64,000 bases of DNA from Candidatus Nanosyncoccus sp. Lineage in GTDB: Bacteria; Patescibacteriota; Saccharimonadia; Saccharimonadales; Saccharimonadaceae. The stretch spans positions 34,546 to 98,545 of the forward strand of contig JAZNPY010000002.1 of assembly GCA_045589895.1 (NCBI GenBank), written 5' to 3'. The notes beneath the pieces are model-generated. The model searched no databases. It worked only from the letters and a program-made list of their open reading frames with translations, and was not told where the DNA came from. Below are positions 8,762 to 21,213 of this stretch, piece after piece (within the stretch, counting starts at the first letter, position 1; every line of letters starts with the position of its first letter). A program made the translations under genes and the position numbers.

Positions 8762-8795
8762 AAAAAAAAGACCGCCATTTGCGGCGGTCTTTTTT
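8762..8795 (-). terminator. Intrinsic terminator (bidirectional)
   Basis: A-run, GACCGCC-ATTT-GCGGCGGTC, T-run. Confidence 0.8.
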
Positions 8796-8809
8796 AGCTA
8801 CTGGGTTAA

Positions 8810-9640
8810 TTAGTTGTTAGTAGCAGTGTAGACGATAGTATCGCTATAGGTACCAGTCTTGGTAGCACCGGAAGCAACACCGTATGCAACGTGGATGTCA
8901 TCGGAGAAGGCGCCTACGCTGTTGGTGCCAGCAGCGGCGATAGTAGCAGCAGGACTACCGGTAGTAGGAACTTCATTCCAAATATTGCCGCTAGCAGCAG
9001 TAGCGTCAGCAATAGTACCTACGTAATAACCCCAACCAGCAGTGGTGCGGACGAGGCCCTGGTTAGTGCCACTTACGGATGGGATGAAGTTACCTGCAAC
9101 TTCGCTAGCTTCAGCGAGGTCTAGATCGTTAGTAGCATCAGCATCTTGAACGGTAAGAGTGAAGTTACCAGTGTTCGAACGGACGGAAATATTGGAATAT
9201 AGTGTGTCGTAATTAAACTGGTTGCCAGCTAGAGAGAGGCCAGTAGCCTGGGATGGACCAGCGGCAAGAATATCAGTGGCGTTCTGGGTACCATCTGGAT
9301 TTACCTTGAAGACACCGTAGTATGGGCTTAGAGAGTAGTAAGTTTTTTCGTTATCAACTTCCGTGTCTTCTGAAAGGGTATAGGTGTATGATGGTGCTTC
9401 ACCACTGCGCTCATACCAACCTTGGGTGCTTGGATTGCCACTAGGTTCCTGAACTTCAGTGTAAGTATTTTCAGCTGCATCAGCGTTGGAGTGAATGCGC
9501 ATAGCGATAGAATCGGTGATCTGAGCCTGAACGAGGACATTACCCGAAGTAGTAGCAGCATAGGAGCTGAGAGGTAGAGCGGCGACGCCGAGACCAGCGA
9601 CAACACCTAATGCAGCAATAATTTTTGTAGATTTGGACAT
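8810..9640 (-). CDS. Secreted WxL-like / pilin-like protein B
   Basis: Signal peptide; shares IAMRI.SNAD, SQATGLSLA.NQ, VRSNTG.FTLT..DAD and YGVASG...GTYSD..VYTAT with protein A. Confidence 0.75.
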   Translation of the reverse strand: MSKSTKIIAALGVVAGLGVAALPLSSYAATTSGNVLVQAQITDSIAMRIHSNADAAENTYTEVQEPSGNPSTQGWYERSGEAPSYTYTLSEDTEVDNEKTYYSLSPYYGVFKVNPDGTQNATDILAAGPSQATGLSLAGNQFNYDTLYSNISVRSNTGNFTLTVQDADATNDLDLAEASEVAGNFIPSVSGTNQGLVRTTAGWGYYVGTIADATAASGNIWNEVPTTGSPAATIAAAGTNSVGAFSDDIHVAYGVASGATKTGTYSDTIVYTATNN

Positions 9641-9687
9641 TTTTTATTTCCTTTCTATTTTTTATATATGACCTTTTTGTACTTCCT

Positions 9688-9716
9688 ATTTTATATTGCC
9701 AAAAAGCTTGTGTCAA
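9688..9716 (-). promoter_or_regulatory. Promoter of pilin/WxL-like gene B
   Basis: TTGACA-N17-TAAAAT on the minus strand; 5' UTR contains AAGGTCATATA. Confidence 0.7.
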
Positions 9717-9861
9717 TAGTTTTTTAAGCTTTTTTTAACTTTTTTTACATGTGCGTTTTTCCACAATTTTACCCCTGTTGTTTTGTGTCTTTTGTTGGAA
9801 AAAAATAGTAGCTTCCCTGACGTAGATTTAGCAACAAAAAACGTCCCAAGCGGGACTTTTT

Positions 9862-9951
9862 TGGTGCGCCTGACTAGACTCGAACTAGCACAGCCAAAAA
9901 ACGGCCACTACCACCTCAAGGTAGCGTGTCTACCAATTCCACCACAGGCGC
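9862..9951 (-). tRNA. tRNA-Leu(GAG)
   Basis: Reverse complement: acceptor GCGCCTG/CAGGCGC, anticodon arm CTACC-TTGAGGT-GGTAG, long variable arm, CCA; terminator hairpin at 9836-9861. Confidence 0.95.
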
Positions 9952-9984
9952 AAATTTATAAGGTACAAGTTTAGTATAGCACAC

Positions 9985-11472
9985 TTAGTTGATTTTGTAA
10001 ATGCGGATTGCTAGGTCGTAGGCCTTGTTTTGCGGGGAGAAGGCTCTTATTTCTTCCCATTCTTCCCTGGTGTTAACCTCGCCCATAGGATTGCCGCATG
10101 CGTTGAATCTGGCGATGATATATGTCGGGCGATCTTGGAACTCTAGGATGGCCTCGTCTAGCTCATTGTCGTCGACGACCTTAGCTTCGGAGTCCCAAAT
10201 CATATAGTCGAACGGCTTTTTGTCTACTACGTCATAAATCATGCGACCGCCCTCCATAAAAGGAACGAAGCCAATAGCTTGCGTCAGGGTGTCATCGGAT
10301 CCAACTAAGATTACGGCGTTGTCCTCTAGCAAATTGAGGACGTCGGATACTTCTTTAGAGTAGCTATATTGGCTGTCTATATCGTAATAAGCTTCGGAAA
10401 TGGTGTGCGGTACAGAGAGGACAATCGGTACGAAGCAAAAAGTGCCGATTGGAACGTAGTAAGAAATGAGCTTATATAATTCAAGCTTGCCAGTTAGACG
10501 GTCCAAGATGCTGCGTTTTAGACGCTTCTCTGATTTGGTAAGCCAGATGGCTAAGATGATTAGAAGGATAAACATGGCTGGCTTATGTGGCATAATCGTG
10601 GTGTTATAAGTGATGAAGAGTACCGAGAAATAAAAGCCGAAGCCGAAAAGTGAGTAGACGAAAATCTTTGGGTAGCGTGCGAAGAGGTAAATCATGATAA
10701 ATAGGAGACTGAGCTCGGTAATCGGCATAGCTAGACCGAACAGGACCAGATTGAAAGATTGCATGTATTCTGTCAGGCTCATACGGTACTGACCGTTTAA
10801 TGAAGGAGTGATGATTTGGTGGCTGTGGAGGGTGGTGAATACTGCCGGTAGCAAGAGCGCGAGAGCGCCGACGAGAATGAATGCTGGGATAATCATCTGG
10901 GTGAATTTCTTTGCTTTGATGCATTCGACGAAGAAACCAATCGAGAGTAGGGCGACAAATCCGCCGGCTAGTATGTGAGACTGGGAGAGTAAGGCGAGTG
11001 AAAGAATATAACGTATCGGATGTTCGTGACGCCCGGCATAGGTCAGTCCGACTAGGACAACGCCGAGGGCGATGAAGCTATAGTCGCGCGCGAAGACTGA
11101 GTTATAGTAGAAGAAGCCGGCCGATAGGATGATGACGATTTTTTGCCACCATTTGAATGGCGATTTCCAGAGTAGGAGGAATACAGCCAGAGAGACTATC
11201 GCTAAAGATAGGAAGTTTGTAGTGATGAAGGGTAAGCCAGCTTGGGCAAACGGAGCGAGAAAGAGAGGGTAAAGCGGGGAGTGCGGCTCATATTTTGTAA
11301 CCTCGAAAAGGTTCTCGAAGTTGATAATCTTGGCTATTTGCCAAGGATTAGCCTCATCGCACCATGGTTCATGACGGAAAATTAGAAAAACACCAATCGC
11401 CGCAAAGATAATTGTTGTAGCTACTGCAAGCCAAAAATTGGCTTTTTTGTTATCCTTCACTCTACCTCGCAT
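9985..11472 (-). CDS. GT-C fold (PMT/ArnT-like) polytopic membrane glycosyltransferase
   Basis: HEPWCDEANPW and YEPHSPLY in the first loop, ARDYS motif, more than 10 TM segments, soluble C-terminal domain. Confidence 0.75.
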   Translation of the reverse strand: MRGRVKDNKKANFWLAVATTIIFAAIGVFLIFRHEPWCDEANPWQIAKIINFENLFEVTKYEPHSPLYPLFLAPFAQAGLPFITTNFLSLAIVSLAVFLLLWKSPFKWWQKIVIILSAGFFYYNSVFARDYSFIALGVVLVGLTYAGRHEHPIRYILSLALLSQSHILAGGFVALLSIGFFVECIKAKKFTQMIIPAFILVGALALLLPAVFTTLHSHQIITPSLNGQYRMSLTEYMQSFNLVLFGLAMPITELSLLFIMIYLFARYPKIFVYSLFGFGFYFSVLFITYNTTIMPHKPAMFILLIILAIWLTKSEKRLKRSILDRLTGKLELYKLISYYVPIGTFCFVPIVLSVPHTISEAYYDIDSQYSYSKEVSDVLNLLEDNAVILVGSDDTLTQAIGFVPFMEGGRMIYDVVDKKPFDYMIWDSEAKVVDDNELDEAILEFQDRPTYIIARFNACGNPMGEVNTREEWEEIRAFSPQNKAYDLAIRIYKIN

Positions 11473-11498
11473 ATATTATATATTGTAGCACAAAAAGC

Positions 11499-13226
11499 TT
11501 ACGGTGTGCGGTTTTTTATGATTTTCTCTGTGGACCAGTAGGAAATATCATTAAAGCGATCTACTGGCGTAACCAAACGGTCGTCTTCAGAGAAGCTGCG
11601 GACGTTTTTGTTAACGTAATATGACATATTGACCTGATAGATGCCAAGGGCCGGAGCATCGTCAACCCAGAGCTTCAGGAATGCTTCGTATTTGGCGTTT
11701 CTGACTTCGGCGTCCATAGTTCCACGGGCGGCGAGAATGAGGTCGGAGGCGATAGTGTTGTTGTAGTTTGAAAGGTTAAGCCCAGTGGAAGTGGCCTGGG
11801 AAGAGTGGTAGTAGGCGAAAAGATCTGGGTCTGCGCCAAGTTCGATCTCCTGGATTAGGATGTCGTAGTCGCGTGGACGGATGACGGCAAGTAGGAAGTC
11901 TTGGCCAGGTTCATAAACGGTAAGTTCAACCTTAAAACCTAGATTTTCGAGCTGATATTTCAAGTTTTCGGCGACGCTAGATAGGTAACCGGTACTAGTG
12001 GTGACGAGGCGCAACGTGTTTTCAACGTTAGCTTCGCTGACCTTTTCTTTGGCATGTTCTGGGTTATAATCTGGTAGGCTCGGGAAATCTTTAATATCGA
12101 CTTGGGTTTTAAGAAGCGGGTAATCTAGCGGCAGCTCATCACCAATTGGTGCGCGAAGCGAGCGCATATCGACACCTTCCTGGACTGCTTTACGTAAAGT
12201 TTTACTGCTGAAAATATCGCCAGTAGTGTTGAAGAAGGCATAGACGCCGCTAGAGATGGCTGCTTGTTTTTCGTAGATGAGGCCGGAGGCAACTTCTTGA
12301 GAATCGGATGGAAGAAGCTCGGCAGTGGCGGTCACCGATCCATTTTTGACGGCGGCAATAATATCCTCGGTTGTCATATAGGCGTGTACGGCAAAACTGG
12401 CAAGGCGTGGCTCACCGTTATAGTAAGCTGGGTTTGGAGATAGATAAACAATCTTTTCGCCGGCAGTGCCGATGACCTGAGTAGCGTTGTAAGAGAAGGC
12501 GCCAGATGTGACCGGAGAAAGACTAAACGAGTCCTCGAGGAGAAGATCTGGATTGACGTTCTTTAGAATGTGAGCTGGTAAAATCGGGAAGTTCAAAGCA
12601 GAGGAGAAACTGGCGTAGGCGGAAGGTAAGGTGAAGATGACTGCGCCGTCTTCTTCGGAGACTTTGACGTTTGTAAGGTTGGCGGCATACGTAGATTTGA
12701 CCGACGGATGCTGGAGAATTGAGACAGTGTAGAGGACGTCTTCGCTAGTAATCGGTTCCCCGTCTGACCACTTAACGCCTTCGCGGAGTTTTACAGTCCA
12801 AACAAGACCGGATTCATCGGTCTTAATCGAAGATGCGAGTTCTGGGCCAATATGACCTGAGTAATCTGGGGCCGAAAGAGTAGCAAACATGAGTTTAGAG
12901 AGAGTACGTTCGCTGCTGGTCGAAGCAAAAAGTGGGTTTAAGGAGCTGACTTTGCCGAGTGTGGCCTCAGTATAAGTACCGCCCTTACCCCAAGTGGTAA
13001 CGGCATAGGATTCTTTATACCAAAAAGCCTGCGTAATGGCAAGCATGATGAGCGCGGCGATTAATAGCGCCCATTCGAGGATTAGCAGCCGGATTTTGCG
13101 AATATGAGGAAGTTTTTCAACTACATTTTCTTGAATGTGTTCACGGCTATCAGTACTAGCTTTCTTCGAAAAACGAGAAAGATTTCTAACGATTCTCTGC
13201 CCACGCTTTTCCAGAAATTTCTTCAT
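11499..13226 (-). CDS. ABC transporter family 5 (peptide/nickel) substrate-binding protein, membrane anchored
   Basis: SLNPLFA, WTVKLREGVKWSDGEPITSEDVLYT, PVTSGAF, DPDLFAYYHSSQ motifs. Confidence 0.9.
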   Translation of the reverse strand: MKKFLEKRGQRIVRNLSRFSKKASTDSREHIQENVVEKLPHIRKIRLLILEWALLIAALIMLAITQAFWYKESYAVTTWGKGGTYTEATLGKVSSLNPLFASTSSERTLSKLMFATLSAPDYSGHIGPELASSIKTDESGLVWTVKLREGVKWSDGEPITSEDVLYTVSILQHPSVKSTYAANLTNVKVSEEDGAVIFTLPSAYASFSSALNFPILPAHILKNVNPDLLLEDSFSLSPVTSGAFSYNATQVIGTAGEKIVYLSPNPAYYNGEPRLASFAVHAYMTTEDIIAAVKNGSVTATAELLPSDSQEVASGLIYEKQAAISSGVYAFFNTTGDIFSSKTLRKAVQEGVDMRSLRAPIGDELPLDYPLLKTQVDIKDFPSLPDYNPEHAKEKVSEANVENTLRLVTTSTGYLSSVAENLKYQLENLGFKVELTVYEPGQDFLLAVIRPRDYDILIQEIELGADPDLFAYYHSSQATSTGLNLSNYNNTIASDLILAARGTMDAEVRNAKYEAFLKLWVDDAPALGIYQVNMSYYVNKNVRSFSEDDRLVTPVDRFNDISYWSTEKIIKNRTP

Positions 13227-13229
13227 AGG

Positions 13230-13457
13230 CTACGACGGAATTAATAATAGCCCCAAAATAGATAAGATGAAGACAACGACAAATACGACCGTAGCGTTAA
13301 ATAGCGACTTGTCGAGACCACGACGTGTAGTATAGAGTTCGCCGCTCGCGCCGAAACCAGCCCCGAGAGAAGCTCCGCGTTGTTGCAGTAAAATTAACAA
13401 AATCGACAAAATTGCTGAAATTAAAGTTGATGTCCGTAAAATAATATCCATACTCAT
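13230..13457 (-). CDS. secG: Preprotein translocase subunit SecG
   Basis: ILLQQRGASLGAGFG..TRRGLDK with two TM helices. Confidence 0.9.
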   Translation of the reverse strand: MSMDIILRTSTLISAILSILLILLQQRGASLGAGFGASGELYTTRRGLDKSLFNATVVFVVVFILSILGLLLIPS

Positions 13458-13458
13458 A

Positions 13459-13827
13459 CTATCTACTAGTATAAGGCGTAATCCAAAAATTTACAACCCC
13501 ATTTACGACACTCATGACTAGAGAGCTAAGGATGGCGCCAGCGAAGTTCATACCGACATTAGGGGTCAGCCAGATAGCAAGGGTAACCATGGCGGTATTG
13601 ATAATCAAAGTGAAAAGACCCATGGTAAAAATAATTAGCGGTAGAGTTAATGTAGTGGCGAGTGGACGGACGAAAGAGTTGACCAGGGAGAAGAATAGGC
13701 CGGCGAGAATAAAATCGAGTGGATTAGGCTGACCGGAAACTACGCCAAAAAAAGTAATACTGAGCCACATACCAAGCGTGGATAATGCCCAACGAGCAAC
13801 AAAACTAATCGTCCATTTTTTAAACAT
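13459..13827 (-). CDS. Phage-holin-like (YvlD-type) 4-TM membrane protein
   Basis: LVNSFVRPL..LTLPLIIFTMGLFTLIIN motif. Confidence 0.85.
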   Translation of the reverse strand: MFKKWTISFVARWALSTLGMWLSITFFGVVSGQPNPLDFILAGLFFSLVNSFVRPLATTLTLPLIIFTMGLFTLIINTAMVTLAIWLTPNVGMNFAGAILSSLVMSVVNGVVNFWITPYTSR

Positions 13828-13832
13828 ATGGA

Positions 13833-15107
13833 TTATTTTAGCATTTTTTTATTGCGGAGTAAACGGTGATAAGTAACAGCAAAGCGATGAGCCTCCTCGT
13901 CGATGCGTGCAATAAGGCGGGAAATATGATCGTCCGATCTAAGGTGAACAGTACGATACTGACCGTTCTTTTCTGGAACAATAATTTTTACCTCGGCATT
14001 TTTGGCGTGGTCGCCAGATTTATCGCGGCCGATAATTGGTATATTATCAGGGACTATGTCTTTCACCGCTTCAAGTTGAAGTTTGCCGCCATCAAGCACG
14101 ATGAGGTCTGGGTATGTCCATTCTTGATGTTTTAGACGACGCTCTAAGATTTCGCGTAGGTTGGCTAGGTCGTCATTTTTTTGGCGATGGAGCTTGAATT
14201 TTCGATATTCGGCACGGTCTGAGGCGCCATTAACAAAAACTACCATGCTACCGACGACGTCGGTTCCGTGGATATGTGAAATGTCGTAGCCCTCGATGCG
14301 TTTTGGGGGTTGTTTTAGGTCAAGCAAAACTTGGAGTTGGACTAATGCACGGTCAGAGGAAATATCGAGAAACTCTTTATCTGAGAAAACGATTTTCTTT
14401 TTTAGGCCTTTAAGCCCAAAAAGTTGATCGCGAATCCGAGCGGCCTCTTCAAAGTTGCCAATTTTTGCCTCCTCTTTCATGGTTTTTTCGAGATTTTTCA
14501 TAAGGGCGGCACGGTTCCCCTCTAGATAGGAAATTAGGCGCCGGAGTGATTTTTTGTAATCTTCTGATGTCATTTTGCCAATTTCGATACCGGGCGTTAA
14601 ACCGAGATCGGTGTTTAGGGTCTTTTTGCCGGTATACGGGCGATCATAGTATGGGAAAATTCTCCTCAAAATTCGGAGGGCAGACGAGATAGTATTTTTG
14701 GCGTAAAACGGACCAATATATTTCGCGCCATCGTCTAACGGAGTACGAGTAACTGAGACATACGGAACCTCTGATTTTAGGTCGATACGGACGTAGCTGA
14801 CATTTTTATCATCACGGAGTAAAATATTCCATTTCGGTTTGTAACGCTTGATCATCTCGTTTTCGAGAAAGAGGGCGTCCATCTCGGTATCGACTACTGT
14901 CCAATCAGTGTCGGCGATTTCTTCGACTAGGGCTGCAGTTTTCGGGTCTTTTTCAGTGTTTTGGAAATACTGACGAACGCGATTTTTTAAGACTGCGGCT
15001 TTGCCAACGTAAATAATCTTGCCGTTTTTATCCTTATGGAAATAAACCCCTGGACTGCTAGGTAAGGTTTTCAACTTCTCTCGTAATTTTTCGGATTTGT
15101 CGACCAT
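13833..15107 (-). CDS. uvrC: Excinuclease ABC subunit C
   Basis: GIY-YIG domain ([21 protein letters not shown]), [20 protein letters not shown]. Start moved to ATG 15107. Confidence 0.95.
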   Translation of the reverse strand: MVDKSEKLREKLKTLPSSPGVYFHKDKNGKIIYVGKAAVLKNRVRQYFQNTEKDPKTAALVEEIADTDWTVVDTEMDALFLENEMIKRYKPKWNILLRDDKNVSYVRIDLKSEVPYVSVTRTPLDDGAKYIGPFYAKNTISSALRILRRIFPYYDRPYTGKKTLNTDLGLTPGIEIGKMTSEDYKKSLRRLISYLEGNRAALMKNLEKTMKEEAKIGNFEEAARIRDQLFGLKGLKKKIVFSDKEFLDISSDRALVQLQVLLDLKQPPKRIEGYDISHIHGTDVVGSMVVFVNGASDRAEYRKFKLHRQKNDDLANLREILERRLKHQEWTYPDLIVLDGGKLQLEAVKDIVPDNIPIIGRDKSGDHAKNAEVKIIVPEKNGQYRTVHLRSDDHISRLIARIDEEAHRFAVTYHRLLRNKKMLK

Positions 15108-15149
15108 TTTTATTATTATAGCATCTTCTCTTGTGATATAATAATGCTT

Positions 15150-16466
15150 ATGGATAGTCTTATAATTTCGGATATTAAAGCACGGCAAATTTTGGATAGT
15201 CGTGGTAACCCTACGGTGGAGGCGGATGTATTTCTATCGTCTGGCCACGTAGGAAGAGCAGCAGTGCCATCTGGTGCTTCGACTGGTGCAGGCGAGGCAC
15301 TAGAACTGCGAGATGGCGACAAACATTATTATGATGGTAAAAGTGTGCTAAAGGCTGTATGGAACATTAATAATAAAATTCGAGACGTACTAGTCGAAAA
15401 TACCGCAGAACAAAAAACGGTGGATCAACTACTATTGGAGCTTGATGGAACTGAGAATAAATCTAGTCTCGGGGCAAATGCGATTTTGGCTGTGTCGCTA
15501 GCAACAGCAAAAGCAGTAGCAAAAGCGCGCCATATACATTTTTATGAATATATAGCGGAGCTGGCTGGGACAACGGAGCAGATGTCGCTGCCGATGCCGA
15601 TGATGAATGTGATGAATGGCGGCGCACACGCCGATTGGTCAACTGATTTTCAGGAATACATGATTATGCCGCTCGGGGCGGGAACGATGGACGAAGCAGT
15701 AAGGATGGGGGCCGATGTATTCCATACACTAAAGGAAGTACTAAAGGAGCGCGGCTACGCCACAACGGTAGGTGACGAAGGTGGTTATGCGCCACAGCTA
15801 CGTGACGGAGATAACGAACCGCTAGAATGTATTAAGCTGGCGATAGAGCGGGCAAAATATAAGCTTGGGGTCGATTTCTTTATTGCGATGGATATTGCGG
15901 CCTCGGAATTTTACCATGACGACCATTACGAATTAAAGACAAACGGCGACTGGAAGTGGTCTAACAATTTAATTGATTGGTATACCTGGATTCTAGATAA
16001 TTATCCGGTGGCCTCGATTGAGGATGGTCTGTCGGAAAATGATTGGGCGGGATGGAAAGATATGACTGAGAGGCTTAGCGGGCGCACGCAGCTAGTGGGC
16101 GACGACTTATTCGTAACAAATACTAAGCTCTTGAAGCGTGGGATTGATGAACATGTTGGCAATGCGATTTTGATTAAACCAAACCAGATTGGGACACTTT
16201 CGGAGACAATCGATGCGGTACTAATGGCAAAAGCGGCCGGATACAAAACTGTGATTTCACACCGCTCTGGAGAGACCGAAGACACTTCGATTGCACATCT
16301 GGCAGTCGGATTAGGTGCCGGACAGATAAAGACCGGATCGATGTCGAGATCGGAGCGTATCGCGAAGTATAATGAACTAATGCGCATCGAGGAAGGTAAC
16401 TCGAAACTACATTTTGATTTTAATTTGATTGACGATTTGCGTCATTTAAAGTTTGAACGAAATTAG
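15150..16466 (+). CDS. eno: Enolase
   Basis: [48 protein letters not shown]. Start likely the second ATG at 15150. Confidence 0.98.
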   Translation: MDSLIISDIKARQILDSRGNPTVEADVFLSSGHVGRAAVPSGASTGAGEALELRDGDKHYYDGKSVLKAVWNINNKIRDVLVENTAEQKTVDQLLLELDGTENKSSLGANAILAVSLATAKAVAKARHIHFYEYIAELAGTTEQMSLPMPMMNVMNGGAHADWSTDFQEYMIMPLGAGTMDEAVRMGADVFHTLKEVLKERGYATTVGDEGGYAPQLRDGDNEPLECIKLAIERAKYKLGVDFFIAMDIAASEFYHDDHYELKTNGDWKWSNNLIDWYTWILDNYPVASIEDGLSENDWAGWKDMTERLSGRTQLVGDDLFVTNTKLLKRGIDEHVGNAILIKPNQIGTLSETIDAVLMAKAAGYKTVISHRSGETEDTSIAHLAVGLGAGQIKTGSMSRSERIAKYNELMRIEEGNSKLHFDFNLIDDLRHLKFERN

Positions 16467-16665
16467 GTGCTTAGGCCAGATTTTATTAGCATGGAGTGAG
16501 AGATTATTCTGTGTGCTCAATATTTTTTGCAGTTTCCCCCAAGAGAGTTAGGTGTCTTTGGCCACTAATAGACAACTTGCCTAGAATTTTTAGTTCGCAG
16601 AGAGATTAAATTAATTTGCTAATATCTGATCTGGCCCACGCGCGAATTATAGAACAAAAAATTCA

Positions 16666-16722
16666 AAAATTACAAGCATAGGCATGATACTTTTTTAGTA
16701 TGATTTTTTGCTTGTAAGTTTT
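16666..16722. terminator. Long AT-rich hairpin between convergent eno and ligA
   Basis: AAAATTACAAGCA (16666-16678) / TGCTTGTAAGTTTT (16709-16722). Confidence 0.5.
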
Positions 16723-16729
16723 GCGATTT

Positions 16730-19781
<3,052 letters not shown>

Positions 19782-20605
19782 TCGGAGGATGAGTACTGAA
19801 AAGATGGGAAACGGCGGATTTTTTGAGTGGATTATTAATAAAGAGGGCTTCGGTTGCGGAATTTTGACGCTTCATCGGCTGAGCATGGGTGTCGAGTTTT
19901 TTGAGCGCGGCAATCATGCCTTCGGGATAGCGCGTAAGATTGACTGCACTTGCATCGGCGAGATATTCGCGTTCACGAGAAATACCAAGCTGGGCTAAAG
20001 CTGCAGCAATCGGAGCCAAAATCGAAGTAATAACCACGATGACCGTGCCGACTGGGCTACGATCGTCATCATTGCTAAGCCAGAGCATACGAATACCAAG
20101 ATCAGAAACATAGCCAATCAAACAAACTAGTCCAAAGACCAAAGTTGAAACACGAATATCATAATTCTTAACATGCGACATTTCGTGGGCCATGACAGCG
20201 GTGAGTTCCTTATTATCCATAATATCGAGAAGCCCAGTAGTAGCAGCGACGACAGAATGTTCCGGATCGCGACCAGTCGCAAAAGCATTTGGAGCGGGAT
20301 CATCAATAATATAAACCTTCGGCATAGGTAGACCAGCAGTCAAAGCTAGATTTTCGACCGTATTATAAAGCCGAGGGTTATCTTTTTTCTCTATCTCTTT
20401 TGCGCCAGTCATAGCCACAGCGAGGCTACTAGCAGCAAAATACTGAAACAGAGTATAGACAAGAGAAATCAGTGCGAACCAAAGTAATATATAGGTGTTG
20501 CCAAAAAAGTATGAAAACGCAGCACCGATTAGACCAATCACCAAAACGAAACCGATCATAATGATGACCGTGTTTCGTTTGTTAGCGGCGATTTGCTTGT
20601 ACATA

Positions 20606-21166
20606 TTAGAATTTTACTTCGGGAGCCTTGTCAATGCGCTGCTTTTCGGCTTCGTCGACCTCATAGTAATCACGCTTCTTAAAGCCAAAACCGTTGAACA
20701 AATTAATTGGGAAGAGCTTAATCTTAGTATTAATTTCCTTAGCGCCAGCATTATAAAAACGACGGGCAGCAACAATCTTATCCTCAGTATCGGAAAGCTC
20801 GGTCATGAGCTGCTGGAAATTCTTATCAGCCTTAAGCTCTGGATAGGCTTCGGTGACGGCCATAATACGAGAGAGCGCACCCATAAAGGAATTATCAGCC
20901 TCAGCGGTAGCCTTAACTGTGCGGGCACCCATCATCTTTGCGCGGGCTTCGGAAACAGCCTTGATCGCTTCGGTTTCATGTTTCGCGTAACCCTTAACCG
21001 TCTCTAGAAGATTCGGAATCAAATCGGCACGGCGCTTGAGCTGAACCGTAATGTCAGACCAGGCTTCGTTCACACGCTCGTCGAGCTTAACTAAACTATT
21101 ATACGTGCCCCAGATGTAGATAACTACAAGTAGGACAACTACTAAAATCACAATTCCAATGACCAT
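20606..21166 (-). CDS. lemA: LemA family protein
   Basis: EAWSDITVQLKRRADLIPNL, EAYPELKAD, ARRFYN. Confidence 0.97.
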   Translation of the reverse strand: MVIGIVILVVVLLVVIYIWGTYNSLVKLDERVNEAWSDITVQLKRRADLIPNLLETVKGYAKHETEAIKAVSEARAKMMGARTVKATAEADNSFMGALSRIMAVTEAYPELKADKNFQQLMTELSDTEDKIVAARRFYNAGAKEINTKIKLFPINLFNGFGFKKRDYYEVDEAEKQRIDKAPEVKF

Positions 21167-21213
21167 ATTTTCTCCTTAATTTATATATCTATTATAACAC
21201 TTGTCGTTAATTT

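Noticed and set aside
13459-13827. Holin-like gene as evidence of a prophage
   Set aside because: This family is commonly chromosomal, and there is no endolysin, terminase, capsid or integrase in the window.
20495-21007. 170-aa plus-strand ORF
   Set aside because: Antisense shadow of lemA/htpX with no start signals or motifs.
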